DNA of 48,157 nt from Burkholderiales bacterium (GCA_036003485.1 DASYSI010000078.1:1-48157), one strand, 5' to 3'; positions 8,893 through 18,377 are shown, numbered from the stretch's first letter. Numbers and translations are program-made. Notes: a model not told the origin generated them from the sequence alone.

Positions 8893-10149
8893 TCACGGCT
8901 GCGCGGTTACAAGTCGCGGCGCAATACGAGCTTCGCGGATCGGCAGATTCACGAGCGCCGCGGCGCTCGCAAGAATGATATCCGCGTACCACATCCAGAG
9001 GTAATTGCCGTCGCGCTCGAGCGCAAGGCCCCCCAGCCACGCGCCCAGAAAGCCGCCGATCTGGTGCGATAGCAGCGTGAGCCCAAAGAGCGTGGCCAGA
9101 TAGCGCGTGCCGAACAGTTTACCCACCAATCCGGCGGTCGGCGGCACAGTCGCAAGCCAGGTAAAGCCGAGAGTTGCAGCGAAAACGTAAAAGGTAAGCG
9201 GTGTTTTCGGCGCGAGCAAATATACGATGATGATCAGCGCGCGACTTGCGTACATCAGCGCCAGAAGACTTTTCATGCGGAAGCGCTGCCCGAGCGCGCC
9301 GGCGGTGAGACTGCCCGCGATGTTGAAAAGACCGATCAGCGCCAGCGAGTTCGACGCCACGGTGGGCGGCAGACTGCAAAGCTGCACTTCACCCGGCAAG
9401 TGCGTGACGAGGAACGCGATATGAAATCCGCACGTGAAAAATCCCGCATTCAGCAAACGGTAACTCGGATCACGAAACGCGACGCGCAGCTGCTCGCGCA
9501 GCGTGATGCCGGGCGCGGCCGGCGCCGGTGAAGAGGATATCGGTGTTGCTTTCGGCGCGGCCATCGTGCGAGGCTTGCGCAGCGGCCAGGCCAGCGGAAT
9601 TGTCAGTAAGGTCGTGGCGGCCATCGTCAGCATCGCTGCAACCCACCCGGCCGCACCGATGATGAACTGCATTAACGGCGCGAACACGAACTGGCCTAAT
9701 GAGCCTCCTGCGTTAATGAAACCGGCTGCAAAGGAGCGCTTTGCGACAGGCAGGCGTTGCGCCGTGGCGCCGATCAGAATCGAGAAACTGCCCGCGCCGG
9801 CGCCGGCTGCGCTCAAGATTCCCATCGTCAACAGCAATCCCCACTGCGTATCCACGAAGGGCGTCAGCGCGGTGCCGAGTGCCAACAACACGCCGCCGGC
9901 GATGATGACTCGAAATGAGCCGTACTTATCCGAGATCGCGCCGAACACAGGCTGCGCGGCGCCCCATACGAATTGGCCGACTGCCACCGCAAAACTGATC
10001 GCCACGATGCCAAGGCCGGTGGACGTATTGATCGGCGATATGAATAACCCGGTGGTTTGACGCGCGCCCATCGTGATCATCAGGATGGCGGCCGCAGGGA
10101 GCATCAGCAGCCACACGTTATGCCTGGAAGTTTCGGTCGTGTTGTTCAA
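8893..10149 (-). CDS. MFS transporter (oxalate/formate antiporter-like)
   Basis: 418 aa with 12 predicted helices. N-terminus WLLMLPAAAILMITMGARQTTGLF. The start overlaps the upstream stop (ATGA at 10146-10149). Confidence 0.85.
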   Translation of the reverse strand: MNNTTETSRHNVWLLMLPAAAILMITMGARQTTGLFISPINTSTGLGIVAISFAVAVGQFVWGAAQPVFGAISDKYGSFRVIIAGGVLLALGTALTPFVDTQWGLLLTMGILSAAGAGAGSFSILIGATAQRLPVAKRSFAAGFINAGGSLGQFVFAPLMQFIIGAAGWVAAMLTMAATTLLTIPLAWPLRKPRTMAAPKATPISSSPAPAAPGITLREQLRVAFRDPSYRLLNAGFFTCGFHIAFLVTHLPGEVQLCSLPPTVASNSLALIGLFNIAGSLTAGALGQRFRMKSLLALMYASRALIIIVYLLAPKTPLTFYVFAATLGFTWLATVPPTAGLVGKLFGTRYLATLFGLTLLSHQIGGFLGAWLGGLALERDGNYLWMWYADIILASAAALVNLPIREARIAPRLVTAQP

Positions 10150-10622
10150 GTCGGCGCTCCCGAAGCTTGAACGTCGGCCGGGCGGCTCGGCACAATGAGA
10201 TTGCCGACAAAGATCTGTACCGGCTCCTCATTTTGATTCAGCGTCGTTATGCGCAGCTTGATCCACCCCTGGTTCGGACGCGACTTCGAAGGCCGGACTT
10301 CGAGAACTTCGCTCTCGACACGCAGCTCATCTCCGGGCCGCACCGGCCGCGGCCAGCGCAATTCGTCGAAGCCCGCGCCGATGATGCCGCCCGCGGGTTT
10401 GAACTCGCTTTCGACCAGCAGCCGCATGGTCAGCGCAGCGGTATGCCATCCGCTCGCGGCGAGTCCGCGGAACATCGTGCCGCGTGCCGCGTCCTCGTCA
10501 AGATGAAAAGGCTGCGGATCGAATTCGGCGGCGAAAGTCTTGATCCGCTCCTTCGCAATCCGAATCCGCCCGGAACCGAAAGTCTGTGCCACCGCAAAGT
10601 CTTCGAGATATCGCCCGGTCAT
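10146..10622 (-). CDS. MaoC-family (hot-dog fold) dehydratase
   Basis: 158 aa with FAAEFDPQPFHLDEDAA (the D-x-x-P-x-H-x-D hydratase motif). It has 4-nt ATGA overlaps with both neighbours. Confidence 0.85.
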   Translation of the reverse strand: MTGRYLEDFAVAQTFGSGRIRIAKERIKTFAAEFDPQPFHLDEDAARGTMFRGLAASGWHTAALTMRLLVESEFKPAGGIIGAGFDELRWPRPVRPGDELRVESEVLEVRPSKSRPNQGWIKLRITTLNQNEEPVQIFVGNLIVPSRPADVQASGAPT

Positions 10623-12073
10623 TCTAGAAATCTCCTCTGCAAATAATTTCGAGGCCGCGCCGTGTCAGGCCGATCCGGAGCGAACCACGCACCCCTCGCG
10701 ACCGCGATCGCGATAATCAGGCCGAAGGCCGCAAGCGCCACGCTCAGCGCGATAAAGACGTGAGACAGGTCGCCGCCCCATTGCAGCGCCAGCCAGCCGC
10801 CGCCTGCCGCAATCACCAGCCTTGTCAAGTTTGCGAGCAGCGGCCACAGCATCCGCCCGGCGCCCTGCGAGGCAAAATAGAGAGCCATGCCAAGCCCGAA
10901 CAACCCGTAAACGGGACCGACCGTTTGCAGATAGCGCGATCCTGCGGCAAGCATTGCGGCATCCGAACTGAACAACGAGAGCCAGGCGTGGGGAAACGCA
11001 GCCGCGCAAAGGCCTATCGTCTCGGTAGCACCGGCGGCCACGGCCGCGCCTATCCATGCCGTGCGCAAAGCGCGCTCGCGTTGCCCCGCGCCGACGTTGG
11101 TCGCGACCATCGCCACCAGCGGACCGCCCAGCCCGAAGACGAGCGGGATCAACAGGTATTCGAGACGCGAGCCGGTGCCATAGCCCGCGATCGCCGCGGG
11201 CCCGAACCGTCCGACGAAACCCGTTGCAATCGCGATCGTAAGATTGGTTTGAAGGGTAATCAGAGCGGCGACGGCGCCTACGCGCAGGATGTCGCGGAAG
11301 AGCGCCCAACGGAACTGAATGCCGTGGAAGTGCGGCCGGACTACACTTTTCCCCGACCAGAGATATGCCGCGAACGCCATGCTTCCCGACGCGTAGTACG
11401 CAACCACCGCCACGGCGCCGCCGGCTACGCCCAGCGCCGGAAATGGGCCCCACCCGAAGATCAGGCAGGGCGACAAAGGAATCAGCACCACGGCGCCGGC
11501 GCAGGTGACGATGGCGGGTACCGCCATGTTGCCCGTGCCGCGGATCGCGCTCGCCAGCGAGTTGAACAACCACACCAGAATCGCGCCGCCAAACACGACG
11601 TTGGAGTAGATCAGCGCGACATTGAGCGAAGCTCCGCTCCCGCCCATGCTGCTGTAGAGCCAGTGTCCGCCAGCCAGCACGAGTAACATGAAGACGCAGC
11701 CGAAAAGCACCGCAATCGCGAGCGCATGGTGCACCAGCGCGTTGGCGTCGGCGCGGCGGCCGGCACCGAGCGCGCGTGCGATCGCCGACGAGATCCCACC
11801 GCCCATGGCACCCGCCGACATCATCTGCATCAGCATCACCACGGGAAATACGAGTGACACACCGGCGAGCGCATCGGTCCCGAGCTTGCCGACAAAATAA
11901 ATCTCGATCAGTCCGACCGAAGACTGCACCACCATCACGAGCACGTTCGGCGCGGCGAGGCGCAGCAGGGTTCCAACGATCGGCCCCTCGAGCAGCACGC
12001 GCGTGCGCGGGTCGAGCCCGCCGCCGAGTGTGGAACCGGCGGCAGCGCGCTGCAGGTTATCCTTTAGAGGCAA
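10619..12073 (-). CDS. MATE-family efflux transporter
   Basis: ORF 10619..12241. Polytopic, with LLEGPIVGTLLRLAAPNVLVMV near the N-terminus, typical of NorM-like MATE. I prefer the TTG start at 12073 (GGAGA 5 nt upstream). The ATGs at 12148 and 12241 lie inside or upstream of the AT-rich promoter region predicted below. Confidence 0.8.
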   Translation of the reverse strand: MPLKDNLQRAAAGSTLGGGLDPRTRVLLEGPIVGTLLRLAAPNVLVMVVQSSVGLIEIYFVGKLGTDALAGVSLVFPVVMLMQMMSAGAMGGGISSAIARALGAGRRADANALVHHALAIAVLFGCVFMLLVLAGGHWLYSSMGGSGASLNVALIYSNVVFGGAILVWLFNSLASAIRGTGNMAVPAIVTCAGAVVLIPLSPCLIFGWGPFPALGVAGGAVAVVAYYASGSMAFAAYLWSGKSVVRPHFHGIQFRWALFRDILRVGAVAALITLQTNLTIAIATGFVGRFGPAAIAGYGTGSRLEYLLIPLVFGLGGPLVAMVATNVGAGQRERALRTAWIGAAVAAGATETIGLCAAAFPHAWLSLFSSDAAMLAAGSRYLQTVGPVYGLFGLGMALYFASQGAGRMLWPLLANLTRLVIAAGGGWLALQWGGDLSHVFIALSVALAAFGLIIAIAVARGAWFAPDRPDTARPRNYLQRRFLE

Positions 12074-12101
12074 AGCCGTCTCCGCCGAAACAAAAAGCCC
12101 G

Positions 12102-12130
12102 TTGACAATATGTGCATATGCGCATAATAT
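12102..12130 (+). promoter_or_regulatory. sigma70-type promoter for the MarR gene
   Basis: TTGACA (12102-12107), a 17-bp spacer, then TAATAT (12125-12130), 43 nt upstream of ATG 12173. Confidence 0.5.
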
Positions 12131-12139
12131 AGGCGCATA
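12117..12139. promoter_or_regulatory. candidate MarR operator (repeated TA-N-GCGCATA)
   Basis: A perfect 10-bp palindrome TATGCGCATA (12117-12126) and a second copy TAGGCGCATA (12130-12139) cover both -10 hexamers. Confidence 0.35.
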
Positions 12140-12154
12140 TACTCTCATCGTCAA
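12126..12154 (-). promoter_or_regulatory. sigma70-type promoter for the MATE-MaoC-MFS operon
   Basis: The reverse strand reads TTGACG (complement of 12149-12154), a 17-bp spacer, then TATATT (complement of 12126-12131). Its -10 overlaps the -10 of the divergent MarR promoter. Confidence 0.45.
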
Positions 12155-12172
12155 TCCGCGCGGAAATATCTT

Positions 12173-12637
12173 ATGCCCTCGAGTGGTCCAGCCCTGCCCA
12201 CGGCGTGCAGCTGCCTGGCGATGCGTCAGGCCGCGCGACACATCACCCAGTTTTACGACCAGTACCTGGCGCCCGCCGGTTTACGCACCACGCAGTTTTC
12301 GATCCTCGCGAAGCTCAAGCGTATGGGGCCGATCACGATCAATGCGCTTGCCCGAGAGCTCGTCATGGATCGAACCACGCTCGGACGCAACATTCTGCCG
12401 CTGGAACGTGACGGTCTGATCACGATCGAGAAAGGAGCGTCGGATGCGCGCAGCAAGGAGTTGCACCTGACAAAAGCGGGCGCCGAGCGGTTTCGCGCCG
12501 GAATCAAGAAATGGGCCGAGGCCCAGAAGCGCTTCGAGTCGACGTTCGGCAGCAAACGTTCGTCGGAGCTGCGCGCGCTGCTGCAGGCCGTCGTTACGAC
12601 CGATCTTGGCGCAGCGCGCGACGCCGCCTTAGACTGA
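12173..12637 (+). CDS. MarR-family transcriptional regulator
   Basis: 154 aa. LRTTQFSILAKLKRMGPITINALARELVMDRTTLGRNILPLERDGLI is the winged-helix core of MarR. Confidence 0.85.
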   Translation: MPSSGPALPTACSCLAMRQAARHITQFYDQYLAPAGLRTTQFSILAKLKRMGPITINALARELVMDRTTLGRNILPLERDGLITIEKGASDARSKELHLTKAGAERFRAGIKKWAEAQKRFESTFGSKRSSELRALLQAVVTTDLGAARDAALD

Positions 12638-12673
12638 AACGTAAATACCCTGGCGGATCGCAGCTTCATCTTT

Positions 12674-13345
12674 CTAAAGCGCGATGGATGAAAGCGCGGC
12701 AACGCTCGCAATAAGGTGGGTGTGCGGTTCTTTTTCCAGCTGGTCTTTTTTGTGCGCGCCCGTCAGCACGCCGACGACATGCCGCGCGCCGGCGTTGTGG
12801 CCCGCCTGCAGGTCGAGCACGGTGTCGCCAACACACATCACCCGGTGCACGCTGGTGACGCCGGTCTGCTCCATGGCCCTGAAGATGAGGTAAGGCGCGG
12901 GGCGTCCCTGCGCAACGTCGTCGCCGCAGACAACCGCATCGACCATCCCGTTCTGCCAGCCGACCGCTTCGATGATGAGGTCGGTCGTTACGCGATCGAA
13001 ACCGGTATTGAGCGCGACCCTGATGCCGCGCTCGCGCAGCAACTTGAATATTCCGACGGTGCCTGCAATCGGTTTGACGCCACCCGCTTTAAAGAGCCGT
13101 GCAAGGTAATCGCGAAAGTCGTTGAATATTGCGTCGGTCAGCACTTCGACTTCCGTAGTGTGATGCCTCGACACAAAATGCCTGATAGCGTCGCGCTTCG
13201 ACGCGCCGCGAACCGCGCGCAGCGCATCGTCGCTGATTTCGATGCCATGCTTGCGCAATACCATCGTGAAGGCCTCCGGGACCTGGCCTGAGTCTTCGAT
13301 AGTGGTGCCCGCCATGTCGAATACGACGAGTTCGGTGTCTGTCAT
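12674..13345 (-). CDS. HAD-superfamily hydrolase (phosphonatase-like/phosphatase subfamily)
   Basis: 223 aa. Nucleophile motif VVFDMAGTTIED and distal motif MCVGDTVLDLQAGHNAG. Confidence 0.8.
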   Translation of the reverse strand: MTDTELVVFDMAGTTIEDSGQVPEAFTMVLRKHGIEISDDALRAVRGASKRDAIRHFVSRHHTTEVEVLTDAIFNDFRDYLARLFKAGGVKPIAGTVGIFKLLRERGIRVALNTGFDRVTTDLIIEAVGWQNGMVDAVVCGDDVAQGRPAPYLIFRAMEQTGVTSVHRVMCVGDTVLDLQAGHNAGARHVVGVLTGAHKKDQLEKEPHTHLIASVAALSSIAL

Positions 13346-13398
13346 GCGTTATCTCGTAATCGACAAACTGAATGCCGACGTGCACACCTCTCGGCGCC

Positions 13399-13902
13399 TC
13401 AAACTGCTTTAGCCGCGAGATAGCCTTCGGCTTCGAGCAGCGGAAACAGACCACCTGCCTGCATCAGGCGCTTGAGCGTTTCGGGCAGCGGCTCTGCCGT
13501 GAGCACCGCGCCGCTGCGTTGATTGCGCACCGTGTAATCGTCGAACGACACTTCTGCAACTTCGCCTTCCTCGAAAGCCGCCTCGATGCCGCGGCACTCG
13601 AGCGCCGGGAAACCGAAATTCACGCTGTTGCGGAAAAAAAGCCCATTGATCGATTCCGCGACGAGGCAGCCGAGCTTCAGGTTACGCAGCGAGCGCGCCG
13701 CGGGCCGGCTCGATCCCATTCCGAAATTGCGCCCGCCGATCAGGATATCGCCGGGCTGCACCAAGTCCACCCAGCCGGGACGGTTGGCTGAAAATACGAA
13801 CTTCACCTGCTCCTCGGGCGTCAGGTAGAACGCGCGATTGGGCAGAATCAGATCGGTATTGATGTTGTCGGGAAACTTCCATACGCGCGCGGTGAATTTC
13901 AT
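13399..13902 (-). CDS. aconitase-family dehydratase small subunit (LeuD-like)
   Basis: 167 aa with GDILIGGRNFGMGSSRPAA, a variant of the LeuD GxNFGCGSSRE motif. It lies directly downstream of the large subunit. Confidence 0.85.
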   Translation of the reverse strand: MKFTARVWKFPDNINTDLILPNRAFYLTPEEQVKFVFSANRPGWVDLVQPGDILIGGRNFGMGSSRPAARSLRNLKLGCLVAESINGLFFRNSVNFGFPALECRGIEAAFEEGEVAEVSFDDYTVRNQRSGAVLTAEPLPETLKRLMQAGGLFPLLEAEGYLAAKAV

Positions 13903-13912
13903 GGCCGTTGGA

Positions 13913-15160
13913 TCAATTCAGGAATTTTCCAGGATGCGTAATCACACCCGTGACCGCTGACGCGGCAACTGTCGCGGGTGAAGCCATGTAAATGCGCGCG
14001 CTCGGGTCGCCCATGCGGCCCTTGAAATTGCGCGTGCTCGCGGTGATACAGACTTCGTCAGGTCCCAACACGCCCATGTGTCCGCCGCCGCACGCGCCGC
14101 ACGTCGGGTTGGTGATAACGGCACCCGCCTCGGCGAGCTTCGCGATAACGCCGGATCGTAACGCATGTAAATAAACCTGTTGCGACGCCGGGGTCACGAT
14201 GAGCCGCGTTTTCGACGACACTTTCCTGCCGGAAAGCACGCGCGCTGCGAGCTCGAGATCATCTAGCGTGCCGTTCGCGCACGAGCCGATGAACGCCTGA
14301 TCGATGCGCGTGCCGGCCACCTCGGAAATCGGGCGTGAATTCCCGAGCACCGAATCGGGCAGCGCGACCAGCGGCTCGAGCGTGTCGAGATCGATAGTAC
14401 GCACGCCGAAATAGTCCGCGTCCGCATCGGGATGGACCGCTGCGATTTCGCTTTTGCCGCAGGTGCGCAGGTAATCGGCCAGCGCTGTATCCGCTTCGAA
14501 GGTCGCGAATTCGCACGACAGCTCGGCCCCCATCGTTGCAAGCGTCTTGCGCGCACTGATGCTCAATCCCGCGAGCGCCGGCCCGCCGAATTCGATGTTC
14601 TGCGTCGCGTGTTCGCCGTAGCTGCCGGCGATATGCAGGAACACGTCCTTCGCCGTTACCCCGTTGCGCAGCGCGCCGGTAAGCTCGTAGCGCACGGTCG
14701 CGCCAACGCGAAACCACGTTTCGCCCTTGGTCGCCGCGTACATGACATCAGGCCCACCGACGCCGCGCGCGATGCAATTGAACGCGCCGGCGCTGCAGGT
14801 ATGCGAGTCGCTGCACACCAGCACCGTGCCGGGCAGCGCGTAGCCTTGATCGGCCACCACCTGATGGCAAATGCCCTGCGTTGCACCGACGTCGTGGAAA
14901 CGCGCGATGCCGAACTTCTCGACAAAACGGCGCGCGGTGCGGTGCGCGCCCGCGCTCTGGATCGTCGGCGCCGGCACGCGGTGGTCCATGATCACGACCA
15001 CGCGCTCGGGATGCTCGAGTTTGAGCACCTCCTGCCAGATACTGGGCATGAAGTTGTTGTCGAACAGCACCACCGTATCGACTTTGACCGTCACGAGATC
15101 GCCGGCCGCGACCCGCTCACGTCCGCTCGCGCGCGCGAGGATCTTTTCGGCGATTGTCAT
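13913..15160 (-). CDS. aconitase-family dehydratase large subunit (LeuC-like)
   Basis: ORF 13913..15208 trimmed to ATG 15160 (MTIAEKILARASG). Fe-S ligand contexts are VCSDSHT, IGSCANG and NPTCGACGG. Confidence 0.85.
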   Translation of the reverse strand: MTIAEKILARASGRERVAAGDLVTVKVDTVVLFDNNFMPSIWQEVLKLEHPERVVVIMDHRVPAPTIQSAGAHRTARRFVEKFGIARFHDVGATQGICHQVVADQGYALPGTVLVCSDSHTCSAGAFNCIARGVGGPDVMYAATKGETWFRVGATVRYELTGALRNGVTAKDVFLHIAGSYGEHATQNIEFGGPALAGLSISARKTLATMGAELSCEFATFEADTALADYLRTCGKSEIAAVHPDADADYFGVRTIDLDTLEPLVALPDSVLGNSRPISEVAGTRIDQAFIGSCANGTLDDLELAARVLSGRKVSSKTRLIVTPASQQVYLHALRSGVIAKLAEAGAVITNPTCGACGGGHMGVLGPDEVCITASTRNFKGRMGDPSARIYMASPATVAASAVTGVITHPGKFLN

Positions 15161-15176
15161 TCCCACGCGCCGTTTC

Positions 15177-16070
15177 CTATACGCTAAAACGCTTTTCGAG
15201 ATCGTCAAGCTGCGACATTCCCATCAAATCGTTGAGCTCATCAAAAGACGCCAGCAGATCGGGACGGTCGATCACGCGATTGTGCTGCACGATTTCGTCC
15301 TTGAACACGGCCATCGCGTTCATCATGCCCTTCAGCGCCGCTGTCGACAGCAGCCGTGGATAACTGACGCCGGCAACGCCCAGATCCTGCAATTGCTGCG
15401 GCGACATGAGCGGCGTTGTTTTGCGCGAGCGCATGCCGAGCCCCATATTGACGATGAGCGGCTTGGGCACGCCTTTCGCGACTTTGGCGATGTCCTCCTT
15501 CGATAGCAGTGCGTCCGCGTACATCACATCGGCGCCCGCTTCGGCGTAAAGATTGAGGCGGTGGATCGCTTCATCGACCCCGAGCGGCCCTGCCGCATCG
15601 GTGCGCGAAACGATCACGAAATCGGAGTCGCGCCGAGCATCGACAGCGGCCTTGACCTTCTGCACCATTTCTTCGGCGGGAATGCAGGACTTGCCGGCCA
15701 TGTGGCCACAGCGCTTGGGCCACACCTGATCTTCGAACATGAGTGCCGCCATGCCGGCTTTCTCGAAAGCACGAACGACGAAATGAACGGTCATCGCGTT
15801 GCCATAGCCCGTATCAGCATCGGCGCGCATCAACAGCTTGTCGGTGCAGTCTGCGAGCCGCCTTGCGTTGGCGAGATTTTCGTCGAACGTCATGACGCCG
15901 CGATCGACCCAGCCCATGCGGCTTTCGGAAACCCCCGCGCCTGAAATCGACGCCGCCTTGAAACCCGAGCGCTCGACCAGCCGCGCGGTGTACCCATCGT
16001 AGATACCCGGTTGGATGAGGATTTCGGGCGCGTTCATCAAATCTTTGAACTGGCGGCCTTTGCTAGCCAT
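15177..16070 (-). CDS. ICL/PEP-mutase-superfamily C-C lyase (methylisocitrate/dimethylmalate-lyase-like)
   Basis: ORF 15177..16097 trimmed to ATG 16070, with AGGAGA 6 nt upstream. 297 aa. The motif MFEDQVWPKRCGHMAGK carries the EDQ..KRCGH signature of the lyase branch. Confidence 0.85.
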   Translation of the reverse strand: MASKGRQFKDLMNAPEILIQPGIYDGYTARLVERSGFKAASISGAGVSESRMGWVDRGVMTFDENLANARRLADCTDKLLMRADADTGYGNAMTVHFVVRAFEKAGMAALMFEDQVWPKRCGHMAGKSCIPAEEMVQKVKAAVDARRDSDFVIVSRTDAAGPLGVDEAIHRLNLYAEAGADVMYADALLSKEDIAKVAKGVPKPLIVNMGLGMRSRKTTPLMSPQQLQDLGVAGVSYPRLLSTAALKGMMNAMAVFKDEIVQHNRVIDRPDLLASFDELNDLMGMSQLDDLEKRFSV

Positions 16071-16148
16071 GAATTTTCTCCTGAGTAAAGACGCCAAAGG
16101 CGCCCAAGTACATTGTTCGCTTCGGATTATTGCATATCACGCCGCGCG

Positions 16149-17159
16149 CTATCCCGCGGGTTCGGCTTTCAAGCCGATCGCCTTGATCAAGTTTCTCCAT
16201 TTCGCGAGATCCTCGCGCAGGCGCAGAGCGAATTCTCCCGGCGTGCCACCGACCACATCGCCTCCCAACGCGGCCAAGCGCTCGCGCGCGTCGGTATCGC
16301 TGATTCCCTTGACGATCGCTGAGTTGAGATGCGAGACGAGCGGGCGCGGGGTCGCTGCGGGCGCGAGCACGCCGAACCAGCCACTCGCCTCGTAACCCGC
16401 AACGCCCGACTCGGCGATCGTCGGCAGCTCCGGCGCCAGCGCCGAGCGCTTCGCGCCGCTGAGCGCGAGTGCGCGCAGCTTGCCCGCCTTGATCTGCGGC
16501 ATCAGCGTGCTTAAGTCACCCGACATCAGTTGCACCTGACCCGCGAGCAAATCGGACATCGCCGGCGCGACGCCTTTGTACGGAACGTGCACGATGTCCA
16601 CCTTGGCGAGCGCCTTGAAGAGCTCCATCGCGAGATGCGTGGTTGCGCCGCTGCCGGGCGAAGCGTAATTGAGCTGTCCGGGTTTCGCCCGGGCGAGTGC
16701 AACCAGGTCTTGCACGCTTTTCACCGCCAATGATGGATGGACCACGAGCACGAACGGCATGCTCGAAACCAGCGTGATCGGCGCAAAGTCGCGCACGGGA
16801 TCGTACGGCACCCGCTCCGCTACACCAGGCAGGATTGCGAGCGGCCCCGCACTGCCCATCAGCAGCGTGTAACCGTCGGGCGGGGCCTTAGCGGCAAGCT
16901 CGGTTCCGATCACGCCTGCGGCGCCCGCGCGATTGTCCGCAACCACAGGCTGGCCGTACGCTTCGCCGAGCTTCTGTGCGACAACGCGCGCCGTGAAATC
17001 AACTCCGCCGCCTGCGGCGAATGGCACAATCAAACGAATCGGCTTGGTCGGATAATTCTGCCCCGCGGCATGCGCTGCGAGAAAAAAAGCCGCGGCCATT
17101 GCGCATTGACCGATGATTGAGCGCATTGCTCGTCCACGCGGAAAATGGGAATTCATCAC
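16149..17159 (-). CDS. Bug/TctC-family substrate-binding protein
   Basis: 336 aa with a signal peptide, NYPTKPIRLIVPFAAGGGVD and a C-terminal EFALRLREDLAKWRNLIKAIGLKAE. An alternative start is ATG 17126. Confidence 0.9.
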   Translation of the reverse strand: MMNSHFPRGRAMRSIIGQCAMAAAFFLAAHAAGQNYPTKPIRLIVPFAAGGGVDFTARVVAQKLGEAYGQPVVADNRAGAAGVIGTELAAKAPPDGYTLLMGSAGPLAILPGVAERVPYDPVRDFAPITLVSSMPFVLVVHPSLAVKSVQDLVALARAKPGQLNYASPGSGATTHLAMELFKALAKVDIVHVPYKGVAPAMSDLLAGQVQLMSGDLSTLMPQIKAGKLRALALSGAKRSALAPELPTIAESGVAGYEASGWFGVLAPAATPRPLVSHLNSAIVKGISDTDARERLAALGGDVVGGTPGEFALRLREDLAKWRNLIKAIGLKAEPAG

Positions 17160-17411
17160 GCGTTTTGTTTAGAGTATTTCTCGTTAAGTTTGATTTGAAA
17201 GGTCGTGCGGCATAACTAATGACGTCCTAAACTCTCCGCACTGCGCGACGCACGATTCTACTCCCACAACTTGCGGGCGCCAATTTTGTACCCGCATGCG
17301 TGCGAGTTCAACACACTGGAAGTCTGCCCAAATGTTTTCGCGTTGCCGCTCGTTGCAATAGAATCCGGATTGCGCGTAGCTAAGGACAGATTGAAAGGTG
17401 AAGAAATAAAA

Positions 17412-18377
17412 ATGAATGGCAATAGCAAGGAAATTCTGATGGCTGTGCTGCTGTTGGCCAGCAGCGCAGTAGCGCAGGACTATCCTTCACGCCCGATCCG
17501 CATGATCGTGCCGACCACCGCCGGCGGCAGCGTCGATATGCTCGCACGTACCGTCGGACCCCGGCTCAACGAGCGCTGGGGACAGCAGGTCGTGATCGAT
17601 AACCGCTCGGGAGCAGGCGGCGTAATCGCCGCCGAACTCACGGCCAAAGCGCCGGCCGACGGCTACACGCTGATCATGGCGACCATTTCATCGATGGCGA
17701 CCAATGTGAGCCTGATGCGCAATCTGCCGTATGACCCCGTGCGCGATTTCGCGCCGGTTACGCAGGTCGCATCGCAGCACCTCATCCTGCTCGCGAATCC
17801 CGGATTCGCCGCGAAATCAGTTTCGGAGCTGATTCAGCTCGCAAAAGCGAAGCCCGGGCAGATCGCCTACTCCACGGCCGGCAGCGGCACCGGTGGCCAC
17901 CTTTCGGCCGAATTGCTGAAGCTGCTGGCGGGAATCGATCTGGTGCACGTTCCCTATAAAGGCGCTGCTCCCGCGCTGGTCGATGCGATCAGCGGTCAGG
18001 TCCCGCTCACGATGATCAGCATCATCACAGGTCTGCCGCAAATCAAATCCGGCAGGGTGCGCGCATTGGCGGTCAGCGGAACGCGCCGCTCACCCGCGCT
18101 GCCCGACGTGCCGACAATGATGGAAGCCGGAGTGCGCGGCTACGAGTCGAGCACCTGGTACGGCGTGCTCGCGCCCAAGGCAACGCCGCGGCCTATCGTG
18201 ATGAAACTCAATACCGAGATCGTGGCGATTCTCAAACTGCCGGAAGTCAGGGATCGGCTGCTTGCCGAAGGTGCCGAGCCGGTCGGCAATACGCCCGAAC
18301 AGTTCGGCGAATTCATCAAATCAGAAATCGCCAAGTGGGGCAAAGTGATCAAGGCGGCTGGAATACGCGCTGAATGA
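17412..18377 (+). CDS. Bug/TctC-family substrate-binding protein
   Basis: ORF 17271..18377 trimmed to ATG 17412 (MNGNSKEILMAVLLLASSAVAQDYPSRPIRMIVPTTAGGSVD). Confidence 0.9.
   Translation: MNGNSKEILMAVLLLASSAVAQDYPSRPIRMIVPTTAGGSVDMLARTVGPRLNERWGQQVVIDNRSGAGGVIAAELTAKAPADGYTLIMATISSMATNVSLMRNLPYDPVRDFAPVTQVASQHLILLANPGFAAKSVSELIQLAKAKPGQIAYSTAGSGTGGHLSAELLKLLAGIDLVHVPYKGAAPALVDAISGQVPLTMISIITGLPQIKSGRVRALAVSGTRRSPALPDVPTMMEAGVRGYESSTWYGVLAPKATPRPIVMKLNTEIVAILKLPEVRDRLLAEGAEPVGNTPEQFGEFIKSEIAKWGKVIKAAGIRAE

Noticed and set aside
10665-11686. 302-aa (minus) and 308-aa (plus) ORFs inside the MATE gene
   Set aside because: Both are out-of-frame or antisense to a polytopic transporter frame that makes biological sense. 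Their Arg-rich, low-complexity translations are high-GC artefacts.
15177-16070. Reading the ICL/PEP-mutase-family gene plus the phosphonatase-like HAD as a phosphonate (PEP mutase) pathway
   Set aside because: The active-site loop reads EDQVWPKRCGH, the Cys-containing lyase signature. It is not the EDK-x5-NS motif of true PEP mutases. No phosphonopyruvate decarboxylase or other phosphonate genes are present.
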